Shown here piece by piece: positions 27,100 to 36,297 of a stretch of 64,000 bases of DNA; positions within the stretch are counted from its first letter, which is position 1, and the number at the start of each line of letters is the position of its first letter. The notes under the pieces are model-generated. The model was given only the letters and a program-made list of their open reading frames with translations, made no database searches and was not told the origin of the DNA. The stretch is from NCBI GenBank assembly GCA_947174565.1, contig CAMWJL010000001.1, forward strand, positions 3,946-67,945. The letters run 5' to 3'. The stretch is from an uncultured Prevotellaceae bacterium (GTDB lineage: Bacteria; Bacteroidota; Bacteroidia; Bacteroidales; Bacteroidaceae). The position numbers were made by a program, and so were the translations under genes.

Positions 27100-27137
27100 T
27101 GCGCACCCTGCGCGTGTTATTTCACGCAGGGTGCGCA
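27100..27137 (-). terminator. Terminator hairpin downstream of ddh, built from GCGCACCCTGCG repeat units
   Basis: 13-bp stem: TGCGCACCCTGCG (27100-27112) pairs with CGCAGGGTGCGCA (27125-27137). On the minus strand it is followed by TAATATTTT. Confidence 0.6.
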
Positions 27138-27179
27138 CAATAGATAATCAAAGGTGTCCGAATATTCGTCCTTCGTCGC

Positions 27180-28079
27180 TTAGACAAGATGGCGGATGAG
27201 TTCCTCCTTGTCACCACACAGCATGTCGATGACAGGAATCTCAATCATTGTATAAGCACCGGGCTGCTGCTTGAGTGAGGCACGAGCCACATTGACAAGC
27301 ACTTGGGCCGTAAGCGCAGGGTTGTTAATCTTCATGTCAAACTCGAAGAGCTGGTTGTGAGTCTTGCCACTAACGCCCTTGCGAACGAGGTTGACACCAT
27401 GACCTACATCGTTGAGCGCATCCACGCAGGGAACCTGCTGCACATGCGTCTCGTCATTGACGAAATATGGGTCGGCTTTGATGGCAGCCTCCACCTTCTT
27501 GAAGTCTGCACCTTCCTCAAGCTCCACATACACCATGCGGCGGTGAATGCCTGTACCCACAGGAATGGTCATGGAAAGCGCGTCCTTCACACCATCAATG
27601 GCGCGCACAGCCACAGAGTGACCCATCGAGCGACCTGGACCGAAGTTGGTGTAGCTGACACCCTTGGGAGCAAGGCTCTCCATGAGCGAACGCACGATAG
27701 AGTCAGAACCTGGGTCCCAACCTGCGGAGATGATGGAAACGGCATTGTTGGCCTTGGCGGCAGCATCGAGCGAACGACGGAGGTCAACAATCTGTGTGTG
27801 GATGTCGAAAGAATCGACCGTGTTGATGCCGAGGGCAAGGCACTGCTTGGCATATTCTTCCACCTTACGGGTTGGCGTGGCGAGAATTGCCACCTGCACA
27901 TCCTTCAGGTCTGTGATGTTCTTCACTACTGGATAGTTCACCAGTTCGGCAGGCTTGTCGGCATCGCCATTGCGACGAACCACGCCTACACACTCCATGT
28001 CCTCTGAGGCCTCAATGGCTTCGAGCGCATACTTTCCGATGTTGCCATAACCAACGATGGCGGCACGAATCTTTGTCAT
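27180..28079 (-). CDS. ddh: meso-Diaminopimelate D-dehydrogenase
   Basis: 299 aa. MTKIRAAIVGYGNIGK, with overall Ddh-like length and blocks. Confidence 0.85.
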   Translation of the reverse strand: MTKIRAAIVGYGNIGKYALEAIEASEDMECVGVVRRNGDADKPAELVNYPVVKNITDLKDVQVAILATPTRKVEEYAKQCLALGINTVDSFDIHTQIVDLRRSLDAAAKANNAVSIISAGWDPGSDSIVRSLMESLAPKGVSYTNFGPGRSMGHSVAVRAIDGVKDALSMTIPVGTGIHRRMVYVELEEGADFKKVEAAIKADPYFVNDETHVQQVPCVDALNDVGHGVNLVRKGVSGKTHNQLFEFDMKINNPALTAQVLVNVARASLKQQPGAYTMIEIPVIDMLCGDKEELIRHLV

Positions 28080-28183
28080 AATTTTGTGTTGTTTTTTGAG
28101 AGTTCAGGGCTTATAAGTCTCCTCTGTCCCATCCGAACCCATCATCCTTGCAGGAACGATGGCGAGAAAGACGACAAGAAAAA

Positions 28184-28209
28184 GGGCAGCAACATGAACG
28201 TTGCTGCCC
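28184..28209 (-). terminator. Rho-independent terminator of secDF
   Basis: GGGCAGCAAC pairs with GTTGCTGCCC. On the minus strand it is followed by TTTTTCTTG. Confidence 0.7.
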
Positions 28210-28219
28210 TTAGTTATGT

Positions 28220-31200
28220 TTACTTCTGAGACGACTCTTCGTCTGACTCCTTGATGCGGGCACCCATCACAAGGTATGCCGTTGGAGCTGCAATGAAGAG
28301 CGAAGAACTTGTTCCGATGATGACACCAAGCATCATGGCGAAAGCGAAGGAACGGATGCTGTCGCCGCCCAAGATGAAGATGACGAGCAGCACGATGAAC
28401 GTAGATACAGAAGTGTTGATTGTACGTGCAAGAGTGCCGTTCAAGGCATCGTTGAAGACGCGTTGACGGTCACGCTTCGGATAGTTATTGAAGACCTCGC
28501 GGATACGGTCGAAGATGACCACCTTGTCGTTGATGGAGTAACCAATCACCGTCAGAATGGCACCAATGAACGTTTGGTCAACCTCCAGCGAGAAACCAAT
28601 CCAACCGTAACAGAGTGAGAACATGCCGATTACGAGTACCGTGTCGAGCGTCAGCGCAACAATAGAGCCAACCGAGTATGCCACATTGCGGAAACGAACG
28701 AGGATATACACGAAGATGACCACAATGGCGAAGAGCACAGAGAGAACTGCGCCACGCAGGATGTCGGACGCAACGGCAGGACCTACCTTCTGAGAAGACA
28801 CGATAGAACCACCATCACGGTTGTCGCGGTCGAGGAATGCCTCTTCCGAAACAGCCTCATCTACCATTCCGCCATCAACAAATGCCTGATAGAGCAAAGA
28901 TTCAATATGAGCATCAGCCTCAGAACTGTTATCCTGAATGTTGAAGTTGGTCGATACACGCACATTGTTACCCTCTGTACCGATAGCAATAACCGTCACA
29001 TTGATAGCCTCTTCGTTCTGGTTGTTGGCCTCAAACTGCTTCACGATAGCAGCCTTCACAGCCTCAGGTTCTACCTGCTCCAAGAACTCAACCTTATAGT
29101 TACGACCACCCGTGAAGTCGATTGACTGGCTCAAGCCACGGATGCCGAAGCTTACACAAGCCACCAGCAAGAAAGCACCAAAAGCGATGAACGACTTCTT
29201 GTAGTTGCCCATGAAATTGAACTTCGTGTCTTTCATCATGTTCTGCGAGAACTTCGTGGTGAACTTGAGGTCTTGCCACTTGCCACGGTTCAGGAAGTGC
29301 TCGTAAACGATACGAGTCATCCATACGGCTGTGAAGAACGAGCAGATAATACCGATGATGAGGGTCGTGGCGAAGCCCTTGATAGGACCTGTGCCGAAGT
29401 TATAGAGGATAACACCCGTGAGGATGGTTGTCACGTTAGAGTCAAAGATGGCAGAGAATGCGTTGCTGTAACCAGCTGCCACAGCGGCATTGATGCCCTT
29501 GCCTGCACGCATCTCTTCCTTGGTGCGCTCGTAGATGAGCACGTTGGCATCGACCGCCATACCCAACGTGAGCACCATACCTGCAATACCAGACATTGTA
29601 AGAGCCGCGCCGAGCGAAGTGAGGATACCGAACGAGAAGAAGAAGTTGAGAACCAATGCGCAGTTAGCAACCATACCTTCGCGAACACCATACATGACAA
29701 CCATGTAGAGCATCAGGATGATGAAGGCAACGATACAAGAAATGAAGCCTGCCTGAATGGACTGTGCGCCGAGGGTAGGACCAACGATGTCCTCCTGAAT
29801 GATGGTGGCAGGAGCAGGCATCTTACCCGATTGCAGCACGTTAGCAAGGTCCTTGGTCTCGCTGGTAGTGAAGCTACCTGAGATTTGAGTGCTACCACCG
29901 TCAATCTTGTTCATGACGTTTGGTGCGCTATAAACCAAGTTATCCAGCACAATGGCAACGCAATGGTTGACATTCGCTTCTGTGAGGGCAGCCCACTTAC
30001 GAGCACCTTCTGTGTTCATCTTCATGCTGACCACAGGATTGCCATACTGGTCGAAGTCGTCTTTTGCCTCAGTCACCACATCGCCTTCCAGCGGAGCACG
30101 TCCGTTAGCACCTGTGGTGCGAATAGCATAAAGTTCAAAAATCTTACCAGCCTTATCCATTGACTTCACGCCCCACTTGAGCGAGAGGTCGGCAGGGAAA
30201 ATCTGCTTGGCAACCTCTGAATTGAGGAGCGCATTGATTTCGGCGGTGTCAAGTGCCTGTGCGATACCGACCATGCAACCACGCTGAGCACCAGTAGGTT
30301 GGAGCATTGCGAAAAGAGGGTTCTCCTTCTTAGCTGCATCAGAAGCCTTAGTGGCTTGCGCAGCCTTTTCTTCCACCTTGTTCACCTGAGCAAGTACGCT
30401 GGCTGCACTCTTGCCAGAGTCTGCCACTTCTGCAACCAGTTCTGTAACCACCGTGTCAGCAACGATTGAATCGACTGCTTCTGCCACGACACTACCATTG
30501 CGGAGGGCTGCATTGAGCTGTGAAAGGTAAGGTGCGACCTGAGGAGCGTCATAAGTCTCCCAGAACTCAAGGTTCGCACTACCTTGAAGAAGTTTACGCA
30601 CACGTTCTGGCTCTTTGATGCCAGGAAGCTCGACCATGATGCGTCCGCTTTGTCCCTCAATCTTCTGAATGTTAGGCTGAACGACACCGAAGCGGTCGAT
30701 ACGGGTACGAAGCACGTTGAACGAGTTGTCAACTGCCTCATCCACACTCTTGCGAAGCACCTTCTCCACTTCTGCGTCACTGCTGTTGGTGTTCACCTGT
30801 CCCTTCAACTGCTGGGTGGCAAAGATGGCAGCGAGGGGCTTGCCTGCCGCATTCTTTTTATAAGCCTTGACAAAAAGTGTGATGAAATCGCTCTGACTCT
30901 CTTGCGCTTCCTTCGCTGCCTCGCTGACAGATTGGAGGAAAGCTTCGTCAGTCTTGTGGTCTGCCAACGTCTTGACAACTTCAGGCACGCTTACTTCGAG
31001 GATGACGTTCATACCGCCTTTCAGGTCCAAGCCCAGACCGATGCCGGTTTCGCGACAGTCCTTCAGCGTGTAGTTGCCAAGGTAGAATGGAGTCGTATTC
31101 AACGAATCCAAATACAACTCAGCGGCCTGTTCGTCCATCTTCGCAGCCTTGTCTTCCACATACTTGGTAACAAAGCCGAAGGAGAGGTAAAAGAGGCAGA

Positions 31201-31249
31201 TGAGCGTCAACGCCACTGCTAAAAACTTTACAAATCCTTTGTTTTGCAT
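28220..31249 (-). CDS. secDF: Protein translocase subunit SecDF (fused)
   Basis: 1009 aa. It has a SecD-like periplasmic domain and two 6-TM bundles. A fused SecDF is typical of Bacteroidota. Confidence 0.9.
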   Translation of the reverse strand: MQNKGFVKFLAVALTLICLFYLSFGFVTKYVEDKAAKMDEQAAELYLDSLNTTPFYLGNYTLKDCRETGIGLGLDLKGGMNVILEVSVPEVVKTLADHKTDEAFLQSVSEAAKEAQESQSDFITLFVKAYKKNAAGKPLAAIFATQQLKGQVNTNSSDAEVEKVLRKSVDEAVDNSFNVLRTRIDRFGVVQPNIQKIEGQSGRIMVELPGIKEPERVRKLLQGSANLEFWETYDAPQVAPYLSQLNAALRNGSVVAEAVDSIVADTVVTELVAEVADSGKSAASVLAQVNKVEEKAAQATKASDAAKKENPLFAMLQPTGAQRGCMVGIAQALDTAEINALLNSEVAKQIFPADLSLKWGVKSMDKAGKIFELYAIRTTGANGRAPLEGDVVTEAKDDFDQYGNPVVSMKMNTEGARKWAALTEANVNHCVAIVLDNLVYSAPNVMNKIDGGSTQISGSFTTSETKDLANVLQSGKMPAPATIIQEDIVGPTLGAQSIQAGFISCIVAFIILMLYMVVMYGVREGMVANCALVLNFFFSFGILTSLGAALTMSGIAGMVLTLGMAVDANVLIYERTKEEMRAGKGINAAVAAGYSNAFSAIFDSNVTTILTGVILYNFGTGPIKGFATTLIIGIICSFFTAVWMTRIVYEHFLNRGKWQDLKFTTKFSQNMMKDTKFNFMGNYKKSFIAFGAFLLVACVSFGIRGLSQSIDFTGGRNYKVEFLEQVEPEAVKAAIVKQFEANNQNEEAINVTVIAIGTEGNNVRVSTNFNIQDNSSEADAHIESLLYQAFVDGGMVDEAVSEEAFLDRDNRDGGSIVSSQKVGPAVASDILRGAVLSVLFAIVVIFVYILVRFRNVAYSVGSIVALTLDTVLVIGMFSLCYGWIGFSLEVDQTFIGAILTVIGYSINDKVVIFDRIREVFNNYPKRDRQRVFNDALNGTLARTINTSVSTFIVLLVIFILGGDSIRSFAFAMMLGVIIGTSSSLFIAAPTAYLVMGARIKESDEESSQK

Positions 31250-31536
31250 TTTGTTGATTTTATTAAATTGTTGATTGTTATTTGTTGTCGATGAATCAAT
31301 GCCGTAAACGCCTCAAGGGCGAAACGGGACACCGCAATACGCATGCCATATTTATAATATAGAACGCGCGCATATACGACGTGAGACATTCAAGATGCAA
31401 AGGTATGCTTTTTTTTACAAAACAGAAGAATTTCCTAATAAAATTATTTGTTTCGTAGTATTCAAGAGGACGCTTTTACATCAAAATAGCGTTAAACCGC
31501 ACAAAGGAGCGAGCTTACCTGCATGTACAACCGCGG

Positions 31537-32616
31537 TCATTCTTCGTCGAAACGAATAAAACATGAGATCGGATAATGGTCACTGGCTTTGATGGAACGA
31601 TCGACAACTGCTCCATAGGCTTTCAGGTTGGGACTGATAAGAATATGATCCAAACGGAAGTACATACCACTGCGATAGTAACTGATGCCAGGCCCATTAC
31701 CACTGCGTGTGTAGGCATCGTTGAGGAACTCCGTCAGTTTGTAGTGCGTATAGGAAATCGGAGAGGCGTTAAAATCTCCACATGCAACAATATACCTGTC
31801 CTTGTTTTGCAGAACAAATGCCGCCACCGAATCGACCTGCATGCCACGCAACGAATCGCGATAAGCCAGTTTCTCTAAGAGTTGGAAAGACTTGCTCTTC
31901 GATTTGTTCTGTTTTGGATGCTGATAATTTGCGATAATGGACTTATAATCATCCTTGTCTTCCTGAGTCAGCCGATATGATTCCAAATGATTATTGACGA
32001 CCAGCACGGTCTTAGTACCTACCGCCACCTCGTATGCGTAAGAAGCATTGGAGGATGAGACATAATCTATCTTCCGTTCTGACAGAATCGGGTATTTAGA
32101 AAGACAAACAAGATAATTCTGTTCAGCTTCATGCAACCGACTATAAGGGTATTGCTCCCCCAACACCTCCAAAGCCTTCTTTGTTCCAGCATTAGTGGCC
32201 TCTTGAAGACAAACAATGTCGGCATTGCTATGCTGCAAATACTGCACAATCTCATTTTCTTCCCACAGCGCACTCGCCTCGCCCCCAAAGTTCATGATGT
32301 TGTAAGATAATACCTTGATTGCTCCAGCAGGAGGCTCTTGTGGCAGATTCACAGGGATATAGGTGCGGATACTACCAGCACACAACAACATCCCCACAAG
32401 AGAAATCAGCACAAATTTCCTCTTGAAAACAAGCCAAAACACAATGAAGGGCACATTAACCACAAGAAACACGGGAAACAACATCCCACATGCAGACAAT
32501 CGTGCATAATGCTGAGGAGGCAGCACAACAGAATAGGCACAAACAAGCATTGCCACCACCATAATAATGTTGATGACAATGACGAGTGTTTGTGGTATGG
32601 TTTTCAGCAACTTCAT
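31537..32616 (-). CDS. Membrane-anchored endonuclease/exonuclease/phosphatase family protein
   Basis: N-terminal TM helices followed by an EEP fold, with the blocks VLSYNIMNF, CLQE and SDHYPI. Confidence 0.8.
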   Translation of the reverse strand: MKLLKTIPQTLVIVINIIMVVAMLVCAYSVVLPPQHYARLSACGMLFPVFLVVNVPFIVFWLVFKRKFVLISLVGMLLCAGSIRTYIPVNLPQEPPAGAIKVLSYNIMNFGGEASALWEENEIVQYLQHSNADIVCLQEATNAGTKKALEVLGEQYPYSRLHEAEQNYLVCLSKYPILSERKIDYVSSSNASYAYEVAVGTKTVLVVNNHLESYRLTQEDKDDYKSIIANYQHPKQNKSKSKSFQLLEKLAYRDSLRGMQVDSVAAFVLQNKDRYIVACGDFNASPISYTHYKLTEFLNDAYTRSGNGPGISYYRSGMYFRLDHILISPNLKAYGAVVDRSIKASDHYPISCFIRFDEE

Positions 32617-33521
32617 GCCTCGCCCTTCATTCGCTTGCTGGCATTAAAAAGAGTCTCTTTCTCCTGAGCAGACAAGTTCTGATACCCATTCTTGCGAATC
32701 TTGTCGAGAATGCGGTCTATTTCTTCGTTGTCCTGCGCTTTCTGCCAGTTGTACTCATGGTCAGCATGGTTGACTTCACGCACATTCGTCACACGCATCT
32801 TAGGAGCATGCGAACTTCCAAAGCCCTTCTTCACTTTCTCCCACATTCCCTCATCCTTGTCATACTGAGTTCCTCGTGCAGAAGAGTCATACTTAGACTC
32901 CCAACCGCCAGCATGCCGCTTGGCTTGCGCTCGCCAGAAGAAGAGCAACGAAAGACCCACCAAAATACCACCCAAATGGGCAAAGTGAGCCACGCCGTCA
33001 ATGGACGTGATACCCATGTACATCTCCACCAAGGTGTAGAAACCTACCAGATACTTCAATTTGATAGGGAAAGGGATAGGAATGATGAACAATCTTGCAT
33101 TGGGGAAGAAGAAAGCAGCCGCCACCATCACACCATAGATTGCACCTGAAGCTCCCACCAACTGGACAGGCGGAATCAACCCCATATACGTACACAACTG
33201 GTTGACCAATGCTGCACCAATGCCGCTCAACAGATAGTACCACACAAAACGTTTCGTGCCCAACTGTTGCTCCACGGCATTGCCAAATATCATCAGCGAC
33301 CACATATTAAAGAACAAATGCCACCAACCGCCGTGCATAAACATATAGGTAACATATTGATAAAGAGCGAAGCCGCTATAACCAACAGGATGGAGGGCAT
33401 TGAAATTCAAGAACCAATCCGTATGCCCACCCACAGAGAATGCTGGCGTAATCAGATACGTCAACAAATAAAACACTACATTGATAATCAGTATAACCTT
33501 AACGGCAGGAGTCATTCTCAT
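32613..33521 (-). CDS. Rhomboid family intramembrane serine protease
   Basis: GASGAIYG (GxSG) and FAHLGGILVG (catalytic His helix). The tail is hydrophilic. Confidence 0.85.
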   Translation of the reverse strand: MRMTPAVKVILIINVVFYLLTYLITPAFSVGGHTDWFLNFNALHPVGYSGFALYQYVTYMFMHGGWWHLFFNMWSLMIFGNAVEQQLGTKRFVWYYLLSGIGAALVNQLCTYMGLIPPVQLVGASGAIYGVMVAAAFFFPNARLFIIPIPFPIKLKYLVGFYTLVEMYMGITSIDGVAHFAHLGGILVGLSLLFFWRAQAKRHAGGWESKYDSSARGTQYDKDEGMWEKVKKGFGSSHAPKMRVTNVREVNHADHEYNWQKAQDNEEIDRILDKIRKNGYQNLSAQEKETLFNASKRMKGEA

Positions 33522-33784
33522 AATATTACATTTAATAATACACTCACTTCCTTTTTCGCTGCAAAATTAGCGATTTTCCTTCGTTCATGGGGCAAAAATC
33601 CAGAAAACAAGCTTTTTTTTGACTTTTTTCAACATTTTTTCAACTAAATTGTTCGTGCATAGGAATATATCCCATATATTTGCAACCAAGTTTCATGCCA
33701 AACAGGCTTGCAATCAGCACGTAAGCCGCATGTTGACGCAAACATTTTTCAACAAATTATTAAAATACCTAAATTATCAAACTT

Positions 33785-34057
33785 ATGAACAAGACAGAAC
33801 TCGTTAGCTCTATCGCTGAAAAGGCAGGTTTGAGCAAGGCTGATTCAAAGAAGGCACTCGATGCTTGTGTTGAGGCAATCGCAGAAGCTCTCAAGGCAGG
33901 TGACAAGATTTCACTCGTCGGCTTCGGCACATTCTCTGTTTCAGAGCGTCCTGCTCGTCAGGGCATTAACCCTGCAACCAAGGCTCCTATCTCTATCCCA
34001 GCCAAGAAGGTTGCAAAGTTCAAGGCCGGCTCTGACCTCGACAACGCTATCAACTAA
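33785..34057 (+). CDS. hup: HU family DNA-binding protein
   Basis: 90 aa. MNKTELVSSIAEK..GFGTFSVSERPARQGINPATK. Confidence 0.95.
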   Translation: MNKTELVSSIAEKAGLSKADSKKALDACVEAIAEALKAGDKISLVGFGTFSVSERPARQGINPATKAPISIPAKKVAKFKAGSDLDNAIN

Positions 34058-34091
34058 TAGACCTTTCCTTGAAGAAAGGAAAAAGGTAAAA

Positions 34092-34128
34092 GGGCACTTC
34101 AACACAAATGATGCAGAAGCGCCCTTTT
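34092..34128 (+). terminator. Terminator after hup
   Basis: GGGCACTTC (34092-34100) pairs with GAAGCGCCC (34116-34124) with one mismatch, followed by TTTT. Confidence 0.55.
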
Positions 34129-34263
34129 CTGATAAGAAACAGAACGATGCGCCCTCGGGCGTTTCCCTTTCAGTCAGTGAATAACCTTTTTATTCATTAG
34201 TGCGCACGAAAGCGGATTCACATCGTTCTATTTTACATACATTTAAGTCTTCACTCTTGTTCT

Positions 34264-34393
34264 CTATCTTCTAAACCGCCAAAGACAGAACCACGAGAAC
34301 AAGCAAGTGTAAGGCCCATGCCCCTTGATGGGGTGTGACCTTGCATCCCTGCTTGTTTGTGGTAAAGGCGCTTGGCGGTGCCTGAAGATAGAA
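34264..34393 (+). ncRNA. Candidate structured RNA or leader: a rod-like imperfect hairpin of about 130 nt upstream of the lipoprotein/beta-barrel operon
   Basis: Five nested helices: 34264-72/34385-93 (9 bp), 34276-83/34373-80 (8 bp), 34300-06/34351-57 (7 bp), 34309-15/34340-46 (7 bp, one U-G), 34318-25/34331-38 (8 bp, two wobbles, loop UUGAU). The wobble pairs only work for a plus-strand transcript. Confidence 0.35.
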
Positions 34394-34489
34394 TAGGCAT
34401 CGGACAAAAGATTACGCCCCCTTCTTTCTGACATTCACAAAGTAAAAAATCTTGTTTAAAACACCAAACTATTTACAAATTACAAAACT

Positions 34490-36268
34490 ATGAATTTTAA
34501 TTCTCGGCATCATTGGCTGATGGGGGGGGTAGTATGCGCCCTCGTGACTGCGTCCTCTTGTATGGACAACGCTTATGATCTCAGCGACATTGACACTACG
34601 GTAAGGCTCAATGTCAAAGAGCTTACTATTCCCATGAACTTGGACGTAATCACGTTCGACCAAGTATTCGACATTAACGAAGACAGCGAGGTAAAAGTAG
34701 AACAAGACGAAAACGGGAACACCATCTACGCTGTAAGAATAAAGGGAGATTTCAAATCTGACGACATCAAAGTCAACGCCTTTAATACATCAAAGCCAAA
34801 TATCCATCCTATAGAAAGCACATTGGAATTAAACACAGGAGCATCCATTCCCAATGTTCCTGGTATGCCCGACATAGAAATTCCCGACATCTATTTCCAC
34901 TACCCAATTACGGAAGAACTCACATCCATAAGCACTCAATCAAACAATGTAGATAAGTCTATCAGACAGATTAAGACGTTGGATGTAGCAACCACGATAA
35001 CAATCATGATAGAGATAGATAACACAATCCCATCTTCTATCATGAGGAACATTAAAGTTGAAGGACTGAAAATACAATATCCAAAGGGAATTATCGCAGA
35101 ACCCCAAGGAGTAAAAGGCACATACGATTCGGAAACAGGTGTGCTTGTTGTAGAAGAAGCACTTACACCACAAAACGGCAAAATCCAACTCTTATTGGAT
35201 GTCAAAGGCATTGATTTTAACCAAAGCAATGCCTCTTTTGAGGCAGGAGACCCAGGCGTGTTCACATTTGAGGACAAGGTGGGTGTAATCGAAGGTTTTG
35301 TCAATGTTTACGTCAATGAGACCCCCCCATCCCATGTCAACTTCTCTGTCCGCCCCACAATGGATGCTATCCAAGTGCGCAGATTCACTGGAAAAATAGA
35401 ATATGCCGTAGAACAGTTTAACATTGACCCAATCGAGCTAAACGACCTTCCTGACCTCATCAACCAAGAGGGTACTTCTATCAAGCTTGCCAACCCACAG
35501 CTGTATCTCTCCATGAGCAATCCGCTGAAGGATTATCTGACTTATTTGCCTGTAAGTGCTGGATTTGAGTTAGTTGCCGAACGAAATCGGGATAAAGCAA
35601 CTTACACCTCAGATTTAACTACTGACCCAACAAATCGTGACAACCAATATGTATTGTCACCCAACAATCCAAGCAAGAAGCAAGACGGCTACACCGATGC
35701 ACAGTATGTGCAATTCACGGGACTGTCCAACATTTTGGACGTGAATGATCAGGGTATCCCATCTACCATCAAGGTCAATGTCACCAACCCTCTCATCAAC
35801 GAGACGGAAATAAAAGACTTTAAGTTAGGTACAAGTTTGAAAGGGGTGAGCGGTGACTATCTGTTCTATGCACCTCTCCAACTAAAAGACCAATCCACCA
35901 TCAAATATGAGGACACCATCGACGAGTGGAACGATGAGGACGTAGATAAGATGGCTATCAGCAAGATAAAGCTTGATTTCACAGCCACCACCGAAGTGCC
36001 CATCGACCTGGAGCTTACCGTAGTGCCTATTGACAAAGAAGGCAAAGTAATCAAGGGTGTAGAGAGCAACACTGTAAAAGTGCCAGCAAAAGCCAACAAT
36101 GCAGAGGTACACTTTGAGATGACAGGTGACATCAAGCATCTTGACGGAGTGAAAATCACAGCAAAGCTGGTCAATGTGGGCGATGACACCGCACTGGCTC
36201 CTCAAATGAAACTTAACGTAAAGAACCTCAAAGCCACGCTCACTGGCTACTATGAGGATGAACTCTAA
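34490..36268 (+). CDS. Hypothetical surface lipoprotein
   Basis: 592 aa. Lipobox LVTASSC. The gene carries the T-G8-TAG module at codons 11-14 and a C7 run at 35322-35328. Confidence 0.6.
   Translation: MNFNSRHHWLMGGVVCALVTASSCMDNAYDLSDIDTTVRLNVKELTIPMNLDVITFDQVFDINEDSEVKVEQDENGNTIYAVRIKGDFKSDDIKVNAFNTSKPNIHPIESTLELNTGASIPNVPGMPDIEIPDIYFHYPITEELTSISTQSNNVDKSIRQIKTLDVATTITIMIEIDNTIPSSIMRNIKVEGLKIQYPKGIIAEPQGVKGTYDSETGVLVVEEALTPQNGKIQLLLDVKGIDFNQSNASFEAGDPGVFTFEDKVGVIEGFVNVYVNETPPSHVNFSVRPTMDAIQVRRFTGKIEYAVEQFNIDPIELNDLPDLINQEGTSIKLANPQLYLSMSNPLKDYLTYLPVSAGFELVAERNRDKATYTSDLTTDPTNRDNQYVLSPNNPSKKQDGYTDAQYVQFTGLSNILDVNDQGIPSTIKVNVTNPLINETEIKDFKLGTSLKGVSGDYLFYAPLQLKDQSTIKYEDTIDEWNDEDVDKMAISKIKLDFTATTEVPIDLELTVVPIDKEGKVIKGVESNTVKVPAKANNAEVHFEMTGDIKHLDGVKITAKLVNVGDDTALAPQMKLNVKNLKATLTGYYEDEL
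34522..34529 (+). repeat. G8 homopolymer (T-G8-TAG module) in the lipoprotein signal peptide
   Basis: tgATGGGGGGGGTAGta, read in frame as ATG GGG GGG GTA GTA. This gives the same M-G-G-V-V as in the gene at 220. Confidence 0.9.
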
Positions 36269-36297
36269 ATTTTCACACATACAACGAAACTAATTAT

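Noticed and set aside
34261-34397. Inverton (invertible promoter) interpretation of the inverted repeats at 34264-34283/34373-34393 and at 55961-55980/56058-56078
   Set aside because: The enclosed segments (about 80-90 bp) contain no TAnnTTTG box on either strand and are themselves base-paired throughout. The pairing includes G-U pairs that only make sense in RNA. No invertase or recombinase gene is nearby. This is not formally excluded without read-orientation analysis.
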